A stretch of 64,000 nucleotides of DNA from Myxococcota bacterium. GTDB taxonomy: Bacteria > Myxococcota_A > UBA9160 > JAFDDA01. The notes beneath the pieces were generated by a model. That model had not been told where the DNA came from. It ran no database searches and saw only the letters and a list, made by a program, of their open reading frames with translations. Positions 18,749-27,959 of the stretch are shown piece by piece. The position numbers were made by a program, and so were the translations under genes. The DNA lies in assembly GCA_965228475.1 (NCBI GenBank), contig OZ245817.1, forward strand, positions 2,400,001 to 2,464,000, read 5' to 3'. Positions within the stretch are counted from its first letter, which is position 1. Every line of letters starts with the position of its first letter.

Positions 18749-19927
18749 CTATCGCGTCCGGCGAAGCGCGGCGGCGACGATGGCCGCGAGCAGCAGCAGC
18801 GACGGCTCGGGAACCGTCCGCGCGAGGCGCTCGAGCAGGGCCCGCCGCGCGCCTTCGTAGGCGGGCTTGCGGGCATAGTCCTCGTCGAACGGGAGCGGGA
18901 CGAGGCCCGGGCCGAGCGTCCCGTCGATCCAGGTGTGCGCATCGGTGAAGCCCCAGAAGGTGATGCCTTCACAGGCCGTCACCGAGAGGCACGCACTCAT
19001 GATCTCGTAGACGGTCTCGCCCTGGAGGTCGACGTCGCCGGTCGGCATGGCGACGTCGAGCTCGGTGATCTCGACGACGAGGCCGAGGTCCGCAAAGGCC
19101 TGCACGGCGGCGCGGAAGGCCTCGGGGTCCGGGTCGACGATGTTCTGGATCAGGTGGCCCTGGAAGCCGACGCCGTGGATCGGGACCCCGTCCGCCAGGA
19201 GATCCACGACGAGGTCGTAGAAGTTCTGGAAGCGCGGCGTGTTCGGATTCTCGAGCAGGACCTCGTTCAGGAAGAGCGTCGCCTCGGGGTCGACTTCGTG
19301 GGCGATGCGGAAGGCCTCGGCGATGTAGTCGCGGCCGAGCAGGTCCGAGAAGACGTTGTCGAAGAAGTCGCTCGAGAAGTTCTCGAGGGGCTCGTTCACG
19401 ACGTCCCAGGCGTCGACGTCGTCCTTGTAGCGGCCCACCACGGTGCGGATGTGGGTGTCGAGCCAGCCGCGGAGGGTCTCGGCGTCGGGCGCCGTCTCGA
19501 CCCAGTCCGGGATGCGGATCGGGTTCGCCCAGAGGAGCGTGTGGCCCCGCATACGCTGGTCGTTCGCCCGGGCAAACGCGACGAGTTCATCGGCCGGGCC
19601 GAACTGGAAGTTCCCCTGGGTGGGCTGGAGCGCGTCCCACTTCATCTGATTCTCGGCGGTGATGGAGTCGAACTCGCTGGCGAGCGTGGGGGCGTAGCGC
19701 GGGTCGCCCGCGATCAAGCCCGGCTGGGTGGCGGCGCCGATCCGCACGCCGGCCGCCCGGGCGATCTCCCGCAGGCTGCAATCCGCGTCCTCGGCGAGGC
19801 AGGGATGCAGGGGCATGCCGAGCGCAGGGCTCGCGAAAGCCAGCACGGCCGCGGTGACAGCTTGCTTGAGAATCGATCGCCAAAGGCCCAAGAAACCCTC
19901 CGTCCTGCTCGAAGGGTGGGATCGCAA
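18749..19927 (-). CDS. GH10 endo-1,4-beta-xylanase-family hydrolase with PEP-CTERM tail (start uncertain)
   Basis: ENQMKW, RGHTLLW, WDVVNE, GFQGH and ITELD; C-terminus VPEPSLLLLAAIVAAALRRTR. Confidence 0.88.
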   Translation of the reverse strand: MRSHPSSRTEGFLGLWRSILKQAVTAAVLAFASPALGMPLHPCLAEDADCSLREIARAAGVRIGAATQPGLIAGDPRYAPTLASEFDSITAENQMKWDALQPTQGNFQFGPADELVAFARANDQRMRGHTLLWANPIRIPDWVETAPDAETLRGWLDTHIRTVVGRYKDDVDAWDVVNEPLENFSSDFFDNVFSDLLGRDYIAEAFRIAHEVDPEATLFLNEVLLENPNTPRFQNFYDLVVDLLADGVPIHGVGFQGHLIQNIVDPDPEAFRAAVQAFADLGLVVEITELDVAMPTGDVDLQGETVYEIMSACLSVTACEGITFWGFTDAHTWIDGTLGPGLVPLPFDEDYARKPAYEGARRALLERLARTVPEPSLLLLAAIVAAALRRTR

Positions 19928-19954
19928 GCCCTTGGGGTGTCAGGATTTTCCGAG

Positions 19955-20806
19955 CTAGGGCCGCCCTGCCCGGCCGGCGCCCACCGCGAGAGCCTCGATC
20001 CGGCCGGTCGGCTCGGCGCGGCAGACCGCGGGGTCGCTCGTCGCGGCGGTGCAGACGTAGAGGGTCTTGCCGTCGCTCCCGCCGAGCATGCAGGCGAAGG
20101 CCTCGGTCTCGAGCTCGATCCGGTCGAGGACCTCGCCGCCCTCGGCCACGCGCAGGATGTGGTGCCCGATCGGCGAGGCGACCCAGATGGCGCCCTCTTC
20201 GTCGAGGCAGATCCCGTCGGGCACGGCGCCCGAGAGCGGCGCCCAGACGCGGCGGTTCGAAAGCTCCCCGGTGGCCGGGTCGCGGTCGAAGGCGGTCAGG
20301 CAGGCCGAGAACGTCTCGCCGAGGATCAACGTACGCCCGTCGGGCGTGAGCACGGTGCCGTTCGGGAAGCGCAGATCGCGCGCGGCGACGTGGACGCTGC
20401 CGTCCGGATCCACCCGGCAAAGGACGGCCGGCACGAGTTCCCCATGCTCGCCGTGGATCTCCGAGCCGAAGTTCCCGACGTAGGCCCGCCCCTGCTCGTC
20501 GACCAGCATGTCGTTGCAATGCCAGGTGGCGTGGGCCGAGAGGTCCGCGACGAGGGCGAGCCCCTCCGGATCGAGGCGCAGGAGCCGGCGATCCTTCATG
20601 GAGACGACGAGCATCCGCCCGTCCGGCAGCCAGCCGAGGCCCGAGGGCTGGTTCGGCACCTCGACGATGCGCTCGGTCTTGCCGCCCTCGTCCATGGCCA
20701 GGACGACGTCGGCGTGCATGTCCGAGAACCAGAGCCGGCCCTCCCGCCAGCGCGGGCCCTCGGGAAAGGCCAGCCCCTCGAGGACGACGTCGGTCTTCCT
20801 TGCCAT
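19955..20806 (-). CDS. SMP-30/gluconolactonase/LRE family protein
   Basis: FPEGPRW, CNDM, FPNG and PDGICLD motifs. Confidence 0.9.
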   Translation of the reverse strand: MARKTDVVLEGLAFPEGPRWREGRLWFSDMHADVVLAMDEGGKTERIVEVPNQPSGLGWLPDGRMLVVSMKDRRLLRLDPEGLALVADLSAHATWHCNDMLVDEQGRAYVGNFGSEIHGEHGELVPAVLCRVDPDGSVHVAARDLRFPNGTVLTPDGRTLILGETFSACLTAFDRDPATGELSNRRVWAPLSGAVPDGICLDEEGAIWVASPIGHHILRVAEGGEVLDRIELETEAFACMLGGSDGKTLYVCTAATSDPAVCRAEPTGRIEALAVGAGRAGRP

Positions 20807-20810
20807 GCGG

Positions 20811-22808
20811 CTAGGCCTCCGCGGCGGGCGGCGCCGCCCCCGCGCGCTCTTCTTCGATCGAGCCGAGGAAGTCCTCGAGCTTGCTCTCGCCGAGCTCGCC
20901 GCGGTCGCGCGAGCGCACGTTCACCGTGGCGGCCTCGGCCTCCTTGGCCCCGACGACGATCACGTAGGGGATCTTCTGGAGGCTGGCCTCCCGGATCTTG
21001 TAGCCGACCCGGTCGTCCTTGAGATTCACCTCGGCGCGAACGCCCGCATCGAGCAGCGCCTCGTAGACACCCCGCGCGTAGTCGTTCGTCTTCTCGCTCA
21101 CCGGGATGACGACCGCCTGCACCGGCGCGAGCCAGAGCGGGAAGCGCCCCGCGAAGTGCTCGATCAGGATGCCGAGGAAGCGCTCGACGCTGCCGTAGCA
21201 CGCGCGGTGGATCATCACCGGCACGTGCTTCTGGCCGTCGGCGCCGACGTAGGTGCAGCCGAAGCGTTCGGGCATCGAGAAGTCGAGCTGGATCGTCCCG
21301 CACTGCCAGGACCGCTTCAGGCTATCGCGGATGTGGAAGTCGATCTTCGGGCCGTAGAAGGCGCCGTCGCCCTCGTTCAGCTCGTACTCGATCCCCGCCC
21401 CCTCGAGCGCGCCGCGCAGGGCCTCTTCGGCCTGGCTCCAGATCTCGTCGCTGCCGATGCTCTTCTCCGGCCGCGTCGAGAGCTCGATGCGGACGTCGTC
21501 GAGCTCGAACCGCCCGTAGACCTCGTGGAAGAAGCCGATCAGCATCTCGATCTCGTCGCCGATCTGCTCCGGGGTGCAGAAGTGGTGCGCGTCGTCCTGG
21601 GTGAAGGACTGCACCCGGAAGAGGCCATGTCGCACGCCCGAGAGCTCGCGGCGATGCACGAGCCCCATCTCCGAGTAGCGCAGCGGGAACTCGTTGTGGC
21701 TGTGGTTGCGGTCCCGATAGACGAGCACGTGCCCCGGGCAGTTCATGGGCTTCACGGCCATCGGCCGCTGCTCCTCGACGTTGTCGTGGATGGCTTCGGC
21801 ATCCGCCTCGTCGCGCAGCTTCAGCTTCGTGAAGAACATGTTCTCGAGGTAGTTGTCGTAGTGCCCCGAGACGTGCCAGAGCTTCTCCGAGAGCACGAGC
21901 GGCGTCTTGAGCTCGTGGTATCCCCGGCGTCGCAGCAGGTCCCGCATGAAGTCCGTCAGCGTGTTGAAGAGCACCGCCCCCTTGGCGTGAAAGAACGGGA
22001 AGCCCGGGGCCTCGTCCTCGAAGTGGAAGAGATCGAGCTGCTCGCCGAGCACGCGGTGGTCGCGCTTGCGGGCCTCCTCGAGCATCCGGAGATGCTCCTT
22101 CAGGTCTTCCTTCGTGAAGAACGCCGTGCCGTAGACGCGCACGAGCTGCTCGCGCTCGGCATCGGCTCGCCAGTAGGAGCCCGAGACCGACGTCAACCGG
22201 ACGTTCTTCAGGAACCCCGTGTCGGGGACGTGCGGGCCGCGGCAGAGATCGACGAAGTCGCCGTGGCGGTAGAGCGTGATCTCGTCCCCCCGGGCCTCGA
22301 TGTCGCCCACGATCTCCTGCTTGAAAGGGTTGCTCCCGCCGTCGATGGCCCGGTAGCGGGCGAAGGCCTCGTCGGCCTCCTTGTCCGCCACGGCACAGCG
22401 CTCGAAGGCGTGGGCCTCCTTGGCGATGGCCTTCATCTCCTTCTCGATGCGCGGGAAGTCCTCGGGCGTGATCGAGCCCTCGGGCAGGTAGATGTCGTAG
22501 TAGAAGCCGTCCTCCACGACCGGGCCGATCGTGAGCTGCGCGGCCGGGAAGAGCCGGAGGATCGCGTCGGCCATGAGGTGCGCGGCCGAGTGGCGCAGGA
22601 CGTCGAGGGCCTCCGGGTCCTTCTTCGTGAGGATCGCGACCTCGGCGCCATCGGGCAGCGGGCGGGCGAGATCGCGGACGTCGCCGTTCACGCGTGCGGC
22701 CACGGCGGCGCGAGCGAGTCCGGGTCCGATCTGTTGGGCGAGGTCGAGTGCGCTCTGCCCGGGTTCGAGCGAGCGCGCACTGCCGTCGGGCAGGTGCACC
22801 TGGATCAC
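20811..22808 (-). CDS. thrS: Threonine--tRNA ligase
   Basis: TGS domain, RHSAAH editing motif, DLCRGPH, KPMNCPGH, FYGPKID; SD AAGGAG. Confidence 0.97.
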   Translation of the reverse strand: MIQVHLPDGSARSLEPGQSALDLAQQIGPGLARAAVAARVNGDVRDLARPLPDGAEVAILTKKDPEALDVLRHSAAHLMADAILRLFPAAQLTIGPVVEDGFYYDIYLPEGSITPEDFPRIEKEMKAIAKEAHAFERCAVADKEADEAFARYRAIDGGSNPFKQEIVGDIEARGDEITLYRHGDFVDLCRGPHVPDTGFLKNVRLTSVSGSYWRADAEREQLVRVYGTAFFTKEDLKEHLRMLEEARKRDHRVLGEQLDLFHFEDEAPGFPFFHAKGAVLFNTLTDFMRDLLRRRGYHELKTPLVLSEKLWHVSGHYDNYLENMFFTKLKLRDEADAEAIHDNVEEQRPMAVKPMNCPGHVLVYRDRNHSHNEFPLRYSEMGLVHRRELSGVRHGLFRVQSFTQDDAHHFCTPEQIGDEIEMLIGFFHEVYGRFELDDVRIELSTRPEKSIGSDEIWSQAEEALRGALEGAGIEYELNEGDGAFYGPKIDFHIRDSLKRSWQCGTIQLDFSMPERFGCTYVGADGQKHVPVMIHRACYGSVERFLGILIEHFAGRFPLWLAPVQAVVIPVSEKTNDYARGVYEALLDAGVRAEVNLKDDRVGYKIREASLQKIPYVIVVGAKEAEAATVNVRSRDRGELGESKLEDFLGSIEEERAGAAPPAAEA

Positions 22809-22910
22809 GTCGTTCTCCTTCGCGAGACGGCTACGGTCCGCCTTGCATCACGACCGACGGATACGGCCCGCCGGCGAGACCGGGAGTATCGCGAAGCTTC
22901 GCGCCCGCGG

Positions 22911-23930
22911 CTAGCGCAGCGCCGCCAGGACCTCGGCGACGAGGGGCTCGTCCGCGGGGTCGTCGGGCAGCGGGAAGGTCAGGCGGTCGCACAGGCCGCC
23001 GAAACCCGTGCGCAGGAGATCGGGCATCTCCGCGTAGGTCCCGGCGGGAACGAAGGCCTCGAGCATGGCGTCGTCGACGAGGGCCGTCATCTCCTTCCAG
23101 CGCCCCGCACGGGAGTGCTCGCGCAGCTCCTCGCCGAGGCCCTCGAAGCCGTGGAGCGCGAGGCTCGGCCAGTAGGCCGGCGTCGAGTAGAGGAAGCCGA
23201 GCAGGCCGCGCGCCCATTCCCGCTGGGCGGCGACGGCCTCTTCGTCCCGGCCCGTTGCGATGAGCGGGCTCGCGAGCAGCGACACCGCCCCGGGTCCGCG
23301 GCCGGTGCGCGCCCCGCCCTTCTCGAGACGCGGCACGACGACCTCGCGCAGGTACCGGGGCGAGGTGTTCGTCGGGTGGGTGAAGAGGCCGTCGGCCGCT
23401 TCGCCGGCGAGCGCGGTCATCGCCGGGCCGATGCCCCCGAGCCAGATCGGCGGCGGGCCGGACTCGAGCCGGCCGGGATCGAAGAAGGGTTGCATGCGCG
23501 TGAAGCGGTAGTGCTCGCCCTCGAAGGCGAGCCGCTCGCCGTCCTGCCAGCAGGCGAAGATCGCGCGCAGCGAGCCCACGTACTCACGCATGCGCGGGAC
23601 GGGCGCCGTCCACGGCGTCGAGTAGCGGCCCTCGACGTTGCCGCGCACCTGGGAGCCGAGCCCGAGCGCAAAGCGGCCGCCGGAGAGCTCCTGGAGATCC
23701 CACGCAGCCTGGGCGACGGCCATGGGGCTACGCGGGAAGGCCACGAGCACCGCGGTCGTCACCGCGATGCGCTCGGTCGCGGCAACCGCCTGCCCCGCCG
23801 CGAGAAGCCCGTCGTGGGTCGCTTCGGGGACGCAGAGCCCGTCGTAGCCGAGCCCCTCGACGCGCCGGGCGTGGGCGGCCACTTCGGAGAGCGGCAGTCG
23901 TTGATCCGTCGTGGCGTAGACCTGGAACAT
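22911..23930 (-). CDS. LLM-class (probably F420-dependent) oxidoreductase
   Basis: AFPRSPM..A..AWDLQ..SGGRF.LGLGSQV and F.GEHYRFTRM motifs; ATG 23930. Confidence 0.85.
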   Translation of the reverse strand: MFQVYATTDQRLPLSEVAAHARRVEGLGYDGLCVPEATHDGLLAAGQAVAATERIAVTTAVLVAFPRSPMAVAQAAWDLQELSGGRFALGLGSQVRGNVEGRYSTPWTAPVPRMREYVGSLRAIFACWQDGERLAFEGEHYRFTRMQPFFDPGRLESGPPPIWLGGIGPAMTALAGEAADGLFTHPTNTSPRYLREVVVPRLEKGGARTGRGPGAVSLLASPLIATGRDEEAVAAQREWARGLLGFLYSTPAYWPSLALHGFEGLGEELREHSRAGRWKEMTALVDDAMLEAFVPAGTYAEMPDLLRTGFGGLCDRLTFPLPDDPADEPLVAEVLAALR

Positions 23931-24023
23931 GCCGCGAGGGTAACGCGGCCCGCCCGGTTCCGAGTGCGAGGAGACAGGCCAGATCCCGCGCCGGCCCCCG
24001 CCCCTGTCCGGTAAGCTCGGGCG

Positions 24024-24857
24024 ATGGTTTCCGCTGCGCCCCGGACCCTGCCCCTCCACCCGCGCAACCGCGCGTTTTCCTGGCGTGCACCGGCGCCGCC
24101 CTTCCGCCGCATCACCGCAGAGCAGGCGCAGGCCTGGGAGCGCGATGGCGGCTTCCTGCTTCGCGATGCCTTCGACGCCGGGGAGATCCGCACCGTCGTC
24201 GAGGCCCTCGACCCGCTCGAGGCCGAGGCGAGCGCCTTCCTGCGGACCCGCCCCGACGGCAAGCTCTTCATCGCCGAGGAAGGCAACCTCACCTTCGCCG
24301 TCCACGCGTGCCTGCGCGACGAACGGCTGCGCGCGTTCTGCGCGCATCCGGTCTTCGCGGACCTCGCCCACGACCTCGTCGGCCCGGACGTCCGCCTCTA
24401 CTGGGACCAGGCGGTCTACAAGAAGCCCGAGCGCCCGCGGACGTTCCCGTGGCATCAGGACAACGGCTACACCTACGTCGAGCCCCAGCAGTACCTGACG
24501 TGCTGGGTGGCGCTGACGGATGCGACCGTCGAGAACGGCTGCCCCTGGCTCGCGCCGGGCCTCCACCGGCGCGGCACCCTCGACCACGCGGGCACCGAGG
24601 CCGGCTGGCAGTGTCTCGCCGAGGACCCGCCCGACGCCTACCCCCTCGAGGTGCCCGCCGGAAGCATCGCAGTCTTCTCCTCCCTCACGCCCCACAAGAC
24701 CGGTCCGAACCGCAGCGGTTCCGTGCGCAAGGCCTACATCGTCCAGTTCGCGCCGGACGGCGCGGTGGCGATGCTGCCCGGGTCGGACGACCCGCATTCG
24801 CAGGACGACCCGGGCCGCCAGTTCCCGATCCTCGTCGGCGGAAGGGCGGTGGCGTGA
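24024..24857 (+). CDS. Phytanoyl-CoA dioxygenase family (2OG-Fe(II)) protein
   Basis: WHQD, CWVALTDATVENGC and H..G.N.S...R motifs. Confidence 0.9.
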   Translation: MVSAAPRTLPLHPRNRAFSWRAPAPPFRRITAEQAQAWERDGGFLLRDAFDAGEIRTVVEALDPLEAEASAFLRTRPDGKLFIAEEGNLTFAVHACLRDERLRAFCAHPVFADLAHDLVGPDVRLYWDQAVYKKPERPRTFPWHQDNGYTYVEPQQYLTCWVALTDATVENGCPWLAPGLHRRGTLDHAGTEAGWQCLAEDPPDAYPLEVPAGSIAVFSSLTPHKTGPNRSGSVRKAYIVQFAPDGAVAMLPGSDDPHSQDDPGRQFPILVGGRAVA

Positions 24858-25825
24858 CGATGCTGCGCGGCACCGTCGGCCTGGCGCTCGGCAGCGGGGG
24901 CGCGCGCGGCTTCGCGCACATCGGCGTCCTGCGCGGGTTGCTCGCGGCGGGGATCGAACCCGACGTCATCTCGGGCGCATCCGCCGGCGCTGCGGTCGGC
25001 GCGGTCTATGCCGCGGGGGCCCTCGACGACTTCGAGAAGTGGTCGCGCGAACTCGACCGCCGCGGCGTCATGAGCCTCCTCGACGTGTCGCTCCGCGGCG
25101 GCGCTCTCCGGGGCCGGCGCTGGATGGAGGAGATCGGCCGTTTCCTCCCCGAAGGCCCGATGGAGGAGTCGCTCGGAAAGCGCTTCGGCGTCGTCGCGAC
25201 GGACCTCGAGACCGGGCGCGAGGTCTGGCTGCGCGAGGGGCCCCTGCTCCCGGCGCTGCACGCCTCGGCGGCCGTGCCCGGCGTGGTGAGCCCGGTCCGC
25301 ATCGGCGAACGCTGGCTGATCGACGGCGGGGTCGTGGACCCGGTCCCGGTGGCGCTCTGCCGGGCGCTCGGTGCGGACACGGTGATCGCCGTCGATCTGA
25401 ACGCGGCGCTGCTCGCCCGGCGCTTTCGGGGCGAAGCCGCCCGGCCCGCGCCTCCCGAAGTGCCGGCCGAGACGACGCCGGGTTCCGACGCCTCTGCGGA
25501 GACGACCGAGGCCAGCGAGGCCTCGCGCACCCTGCAGAACGCCTGGGCGGAGCTCCGGCTCCGCCTCGTCGGGCCGAGCGAGCCCCGGCCCGCCCCCGGG
25601 CCGCCCGCCCCGGGGCTCTACGACGTCCTGAACAACACGCTCGAGATCATGCAGGTCCGCATCACGCGCAGCCGCATGGCCGGCGACCCGCCCGAGCTGC
25701 TGATCACCCCGCGGCTGCCCGACTTCACCTTTCTCGATTTCGACCGCGCGGCCGAAGCCATCGAGGAGGGGCGGCTCGCGACCCAGCGGACCCTGGCCGC
25801 CCTGGCCCGAGGAGAAGAGGCATGA
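24854..25825 (+). CDS. Patatin-like phospholipase (RssA-like)
   Basis: GSGGARG, GASAG nucleophile and DGG motifs; start GTG 24854 or ATG 24860. Confidence 0.9.
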   Translation: MTMLRGTVGLALGSGGARGFAHIGVLRGLLAAGIEPDVISGASAGAAVGAVYAAGALDDFEKWSRELDRRGVMSLLDVSLRGGALRGRRWMEEIGRFLPEGPMEESLGKRFGVVATDLETGREVWLREGPLLPALHASAAVPGVVSPVRIGERWLIDGGVVDPVPVALCRALGADTVIAVDLNAALLARRFRGEAARPAPPEVPAETTPGSDASAETTEASEASRTLQNAWAELRLRLVGPSEPRPAPGPPAPGLYDVLNNTLEIMQVRITRSRMAGDPPELLITPRLPDFTFLDFDRAAEAIEEGRLATQRTLAALARGEEA

Positions 25826-26640
25826 ATGCCCTGGCCGATTTCGTCGACACCGAACGCTATCCGGTGGCGGACCTCGGCGCGCCGGCCCTGCGCCGCGTGG
25901 TCGACGAAGCCCGGAAGAGCCTCGCCGGCCGAGGCGTCGCCATCCTGCCGGGCTTCGTGCGGGCTGCGGCCCTGCCAGACGCCGTCGCGCAGACCGAGGC
26001 TCTTCGCCCGAAGGCATTCCACGAGGACATCGAGGTCGGGACGCCGTACCTGGAGCTCCCCGACGAGTCCTTCCCCGAGGGCCATCCGCGCCGGACGTCG
26101 GTCCGCAGCGCCACCTGGGTTCTCGCCTACGACCTGGTTCCGGAGACGCACCCGGTGCGCCGGCTCTACGAATGGGACGCCTTCCCCTCGTTCCTCGCCG
26201 AGATCCTCGAGCTGCCCGAGGTGCACCGCATGGACGATCCGCTCGGCGCCCTGAACCTGGCGGTCATGACCGAAGGCCACGTCCAGGGCTGGCACTACGA
26301 CTCGACGGACTTCGTCGTGTCCCTGGCGCTCCAGAGCAGCGAGCGCGGCGGGCTCTTCGAGTGCGTCCCCTTCCTGCGCAGCGATACCGAAGAGCACTAC
26401 GACCGCGTGGCCCGCGTCCTGGCCCTCGAAGAGCGCGAGAGCGTCGAGGTGCTGCCGATGGTCCCCGGCACGCTCATGATCTTCGCCGGACGCCACTCGC
26501 TCCACCGCGTGACGCCCGTCGAAGGGCCGACGCCGCGCTTCGTCGCGCTGTTCGGCTTCGACCGCAAGCCCGGAACGAACAGCTCGGACCTGCTGAAGAT
26601 GGTGCGCTACGGGCGCACGGAACCGGTCGGCACCGCGTGA
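25822..26640 (+). CDS. BesD/HalD-family-like 2OG-Fe(II) oxygenase (hydroxylase-type HxD)
   Basis: C-terminal part of ORF 24520..26640: GWHYD...GG.FE..P..R...H.LHRVTP...R; ATGA overlap. Confidence 0.75.
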   Translation: MNALADFVDTERYPVADLGAPALRRVVDEARKSLAGRGVAILPGFVRAAALPDAVAQTEALRPKAFHEDIEVGTPYLELPDESFPEGHPRRTSVRSATWVLAYDLVPETHPVRRLYEWDAFPSFLAEILELPEVHRMDDPLGALNLAVMTEGHVQGWHYDSTDFVVSLALQSSERGGLFECVPFLRSDTEEHYDRVARVLALEERESVEVLPMVPGTLMIFAGRHSLHRVTPVEGPTPRFVALFGFDRKPGTNSSDLLKMVRYGRTEPVGTA

Positions 26641-27959
26641 AACACCTGCTCCTCGCCCTCGCCACCGGATTCCTCCTGAACGCCTGCGCCGCCGAGCCGC
26701 CCGAGGCGCCGCGGGCGCGCGGCGTGGTCTGGCTCGTGATCGATGCGACCGCCGCGGACCACACGAGCCTCTACGGGAACCCCCGCGCGACGACCCCGCG
26801 CATCGCCGCCTTCGCCGAGGACGCGACGGTCTTCGAGCGCGCGTACTGCCAGATCCCCTGGACGCTCGGCTCGGCGGCCTCCTACATGACGGGGCGGTAT
26901 CCGGAGAAGCGCGAGGCGAGCGTCGCGCCGGGACAGCTCCTCGCGGGGTTCCTGAAGCAAGCGGGCGTCCGCACGGCCGCCTTCTCGGAGAACCCCTACG
27001 TCACCGCCGAGTTCGGGTTCGACGAGGGCTTCGACCACTTCGCCGCCTATTTCCCCTACGACGAGATCGCGCGCTCGCCGCGCGACTACGGCCGCGTCGA
27101 CAGCGCGCGGACCGTCGACGAAGCCATCGCCTGGATCACCGAGGCCGCGAGCGACCCCTTCTTCGCCTACGTGCACCTGCTCCCGCCCCATGCGCCCTAC
27201 GACGCGCCGGCCCCCTTCGGCGGGACGTTCGCGGCGCCCGAGGGCATCGACGGGTCCGTCCCGACGCTGATGGAGATCCGGCACGGCAAGCGGAAGGCCT
27301 CCGCGGAGGACGTCGAGCGGCTGCGCGACCTCTACCACGAGAACCTGGCCTTCGCCGACCACCAGGCCGGCCGCCTCTTCGATGCGATCGAGGCGCTCGG
27401 GCTCGGCGAAGACACCCTCGTCATCGTGGCGTCGGACCACGGCGAAGCGTTCCTCGAGCACGGCTGGCTGATGCACGGCGAGACGATCTACGAGGAGGTC
27501 CTGCGCGTGCCTCTCGTCGTCCGCTTCCCGAAGGCCCACCGCGGCGAGCGCTGGCGCGGCGTCGTCGAACTCCGGCAGCTCTTCCCGACCGTGTGCGAGG
27601 CCATGGGTGCCGACTGTCCCGGCGGGCCCGAGAGCCTCGCCACGACCCTCGCGCGCCGCAGCGCGGACGAAGGCGTGGCCTATGCCGTGAGCGCCCAGGG
27701 CGGGAAGCTCGTGCGGACGGCCATCGGCCCGCGCTGGAAGCTCGCCCTCGAGGAGCGCTCCGGACGCCCCGTGGCGCTCTACCAGCTCGACGTCGACCCC
27801 GAAGAGAAACGGAACCTCGCGGCGCTCGACCCGGGCAGCCCCGTGCGCGAGCTCCGAGCGGGCCTCACCCGGCATCCCCTCGAACGCGTCCGCCTGCGCG
27901 AGCGCGGCATCTCCGCCGAGCGTCGGCGCCAGCTCGAGCAGCTCGGCTACATCGAGTGA
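26637..27959 (+). CDS. Sulfatase-like alkaline-phosphatase-superfamily lipoprotein
   Basis: Lipobox LNAC; VIDA.AADH, WTLGSAASYMTG, PHAPY and SDHGE motifs. Confidence 0.85.
   Translation: MKHLLLALATGFLLNACAAEPPEAPRARGVVWLVIDATAADHTSLYGNPRATTPRIAAFAEDATVFERAYCQIPWTLGSAASYMTGRYPEKREASVAPGQLLAGFLKQAGVRTAAFSENPYVTAEFGFDEGFDHFAAYFPYDEIARSPRDYGRVDSARTVDEAIAWITEAASDPFFAYVHLLPPHAPYDAPAPFGGTFAAPEGIDGSVPTLMEIRHGKRKASAEDVERLRDLYHENLAFADHQAGRLFDAIEALGLGEDTLVIVASDHGEAFLEHGWLMHGETIYEEVLRVPLVVRFPKAHRGERWRGVVELRQLFPTVCEAMGADCPGGPESLATTLARRSADEGVAYAVSAQGGKLVRTAIGPRWKLALEERSGRPVALYQLDVDPEEKRNLAALDPGSPVRELRAGLTRHPLERVRLRERGISAERRRQLEQLGYIE

Noticed and set aside
20508..24014. 1168-aa + strand ORF and similar antisense ORFs (44015..46867, 46901..50017, 50830..54117)
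   Set aside because: Antisense mirrors of thrS, dnaE, guaAB and others; an artefact of high GC3.
25822..26640. Radical halogenase call
   Set aside because: HxD facial triad retained, not HxG/A.
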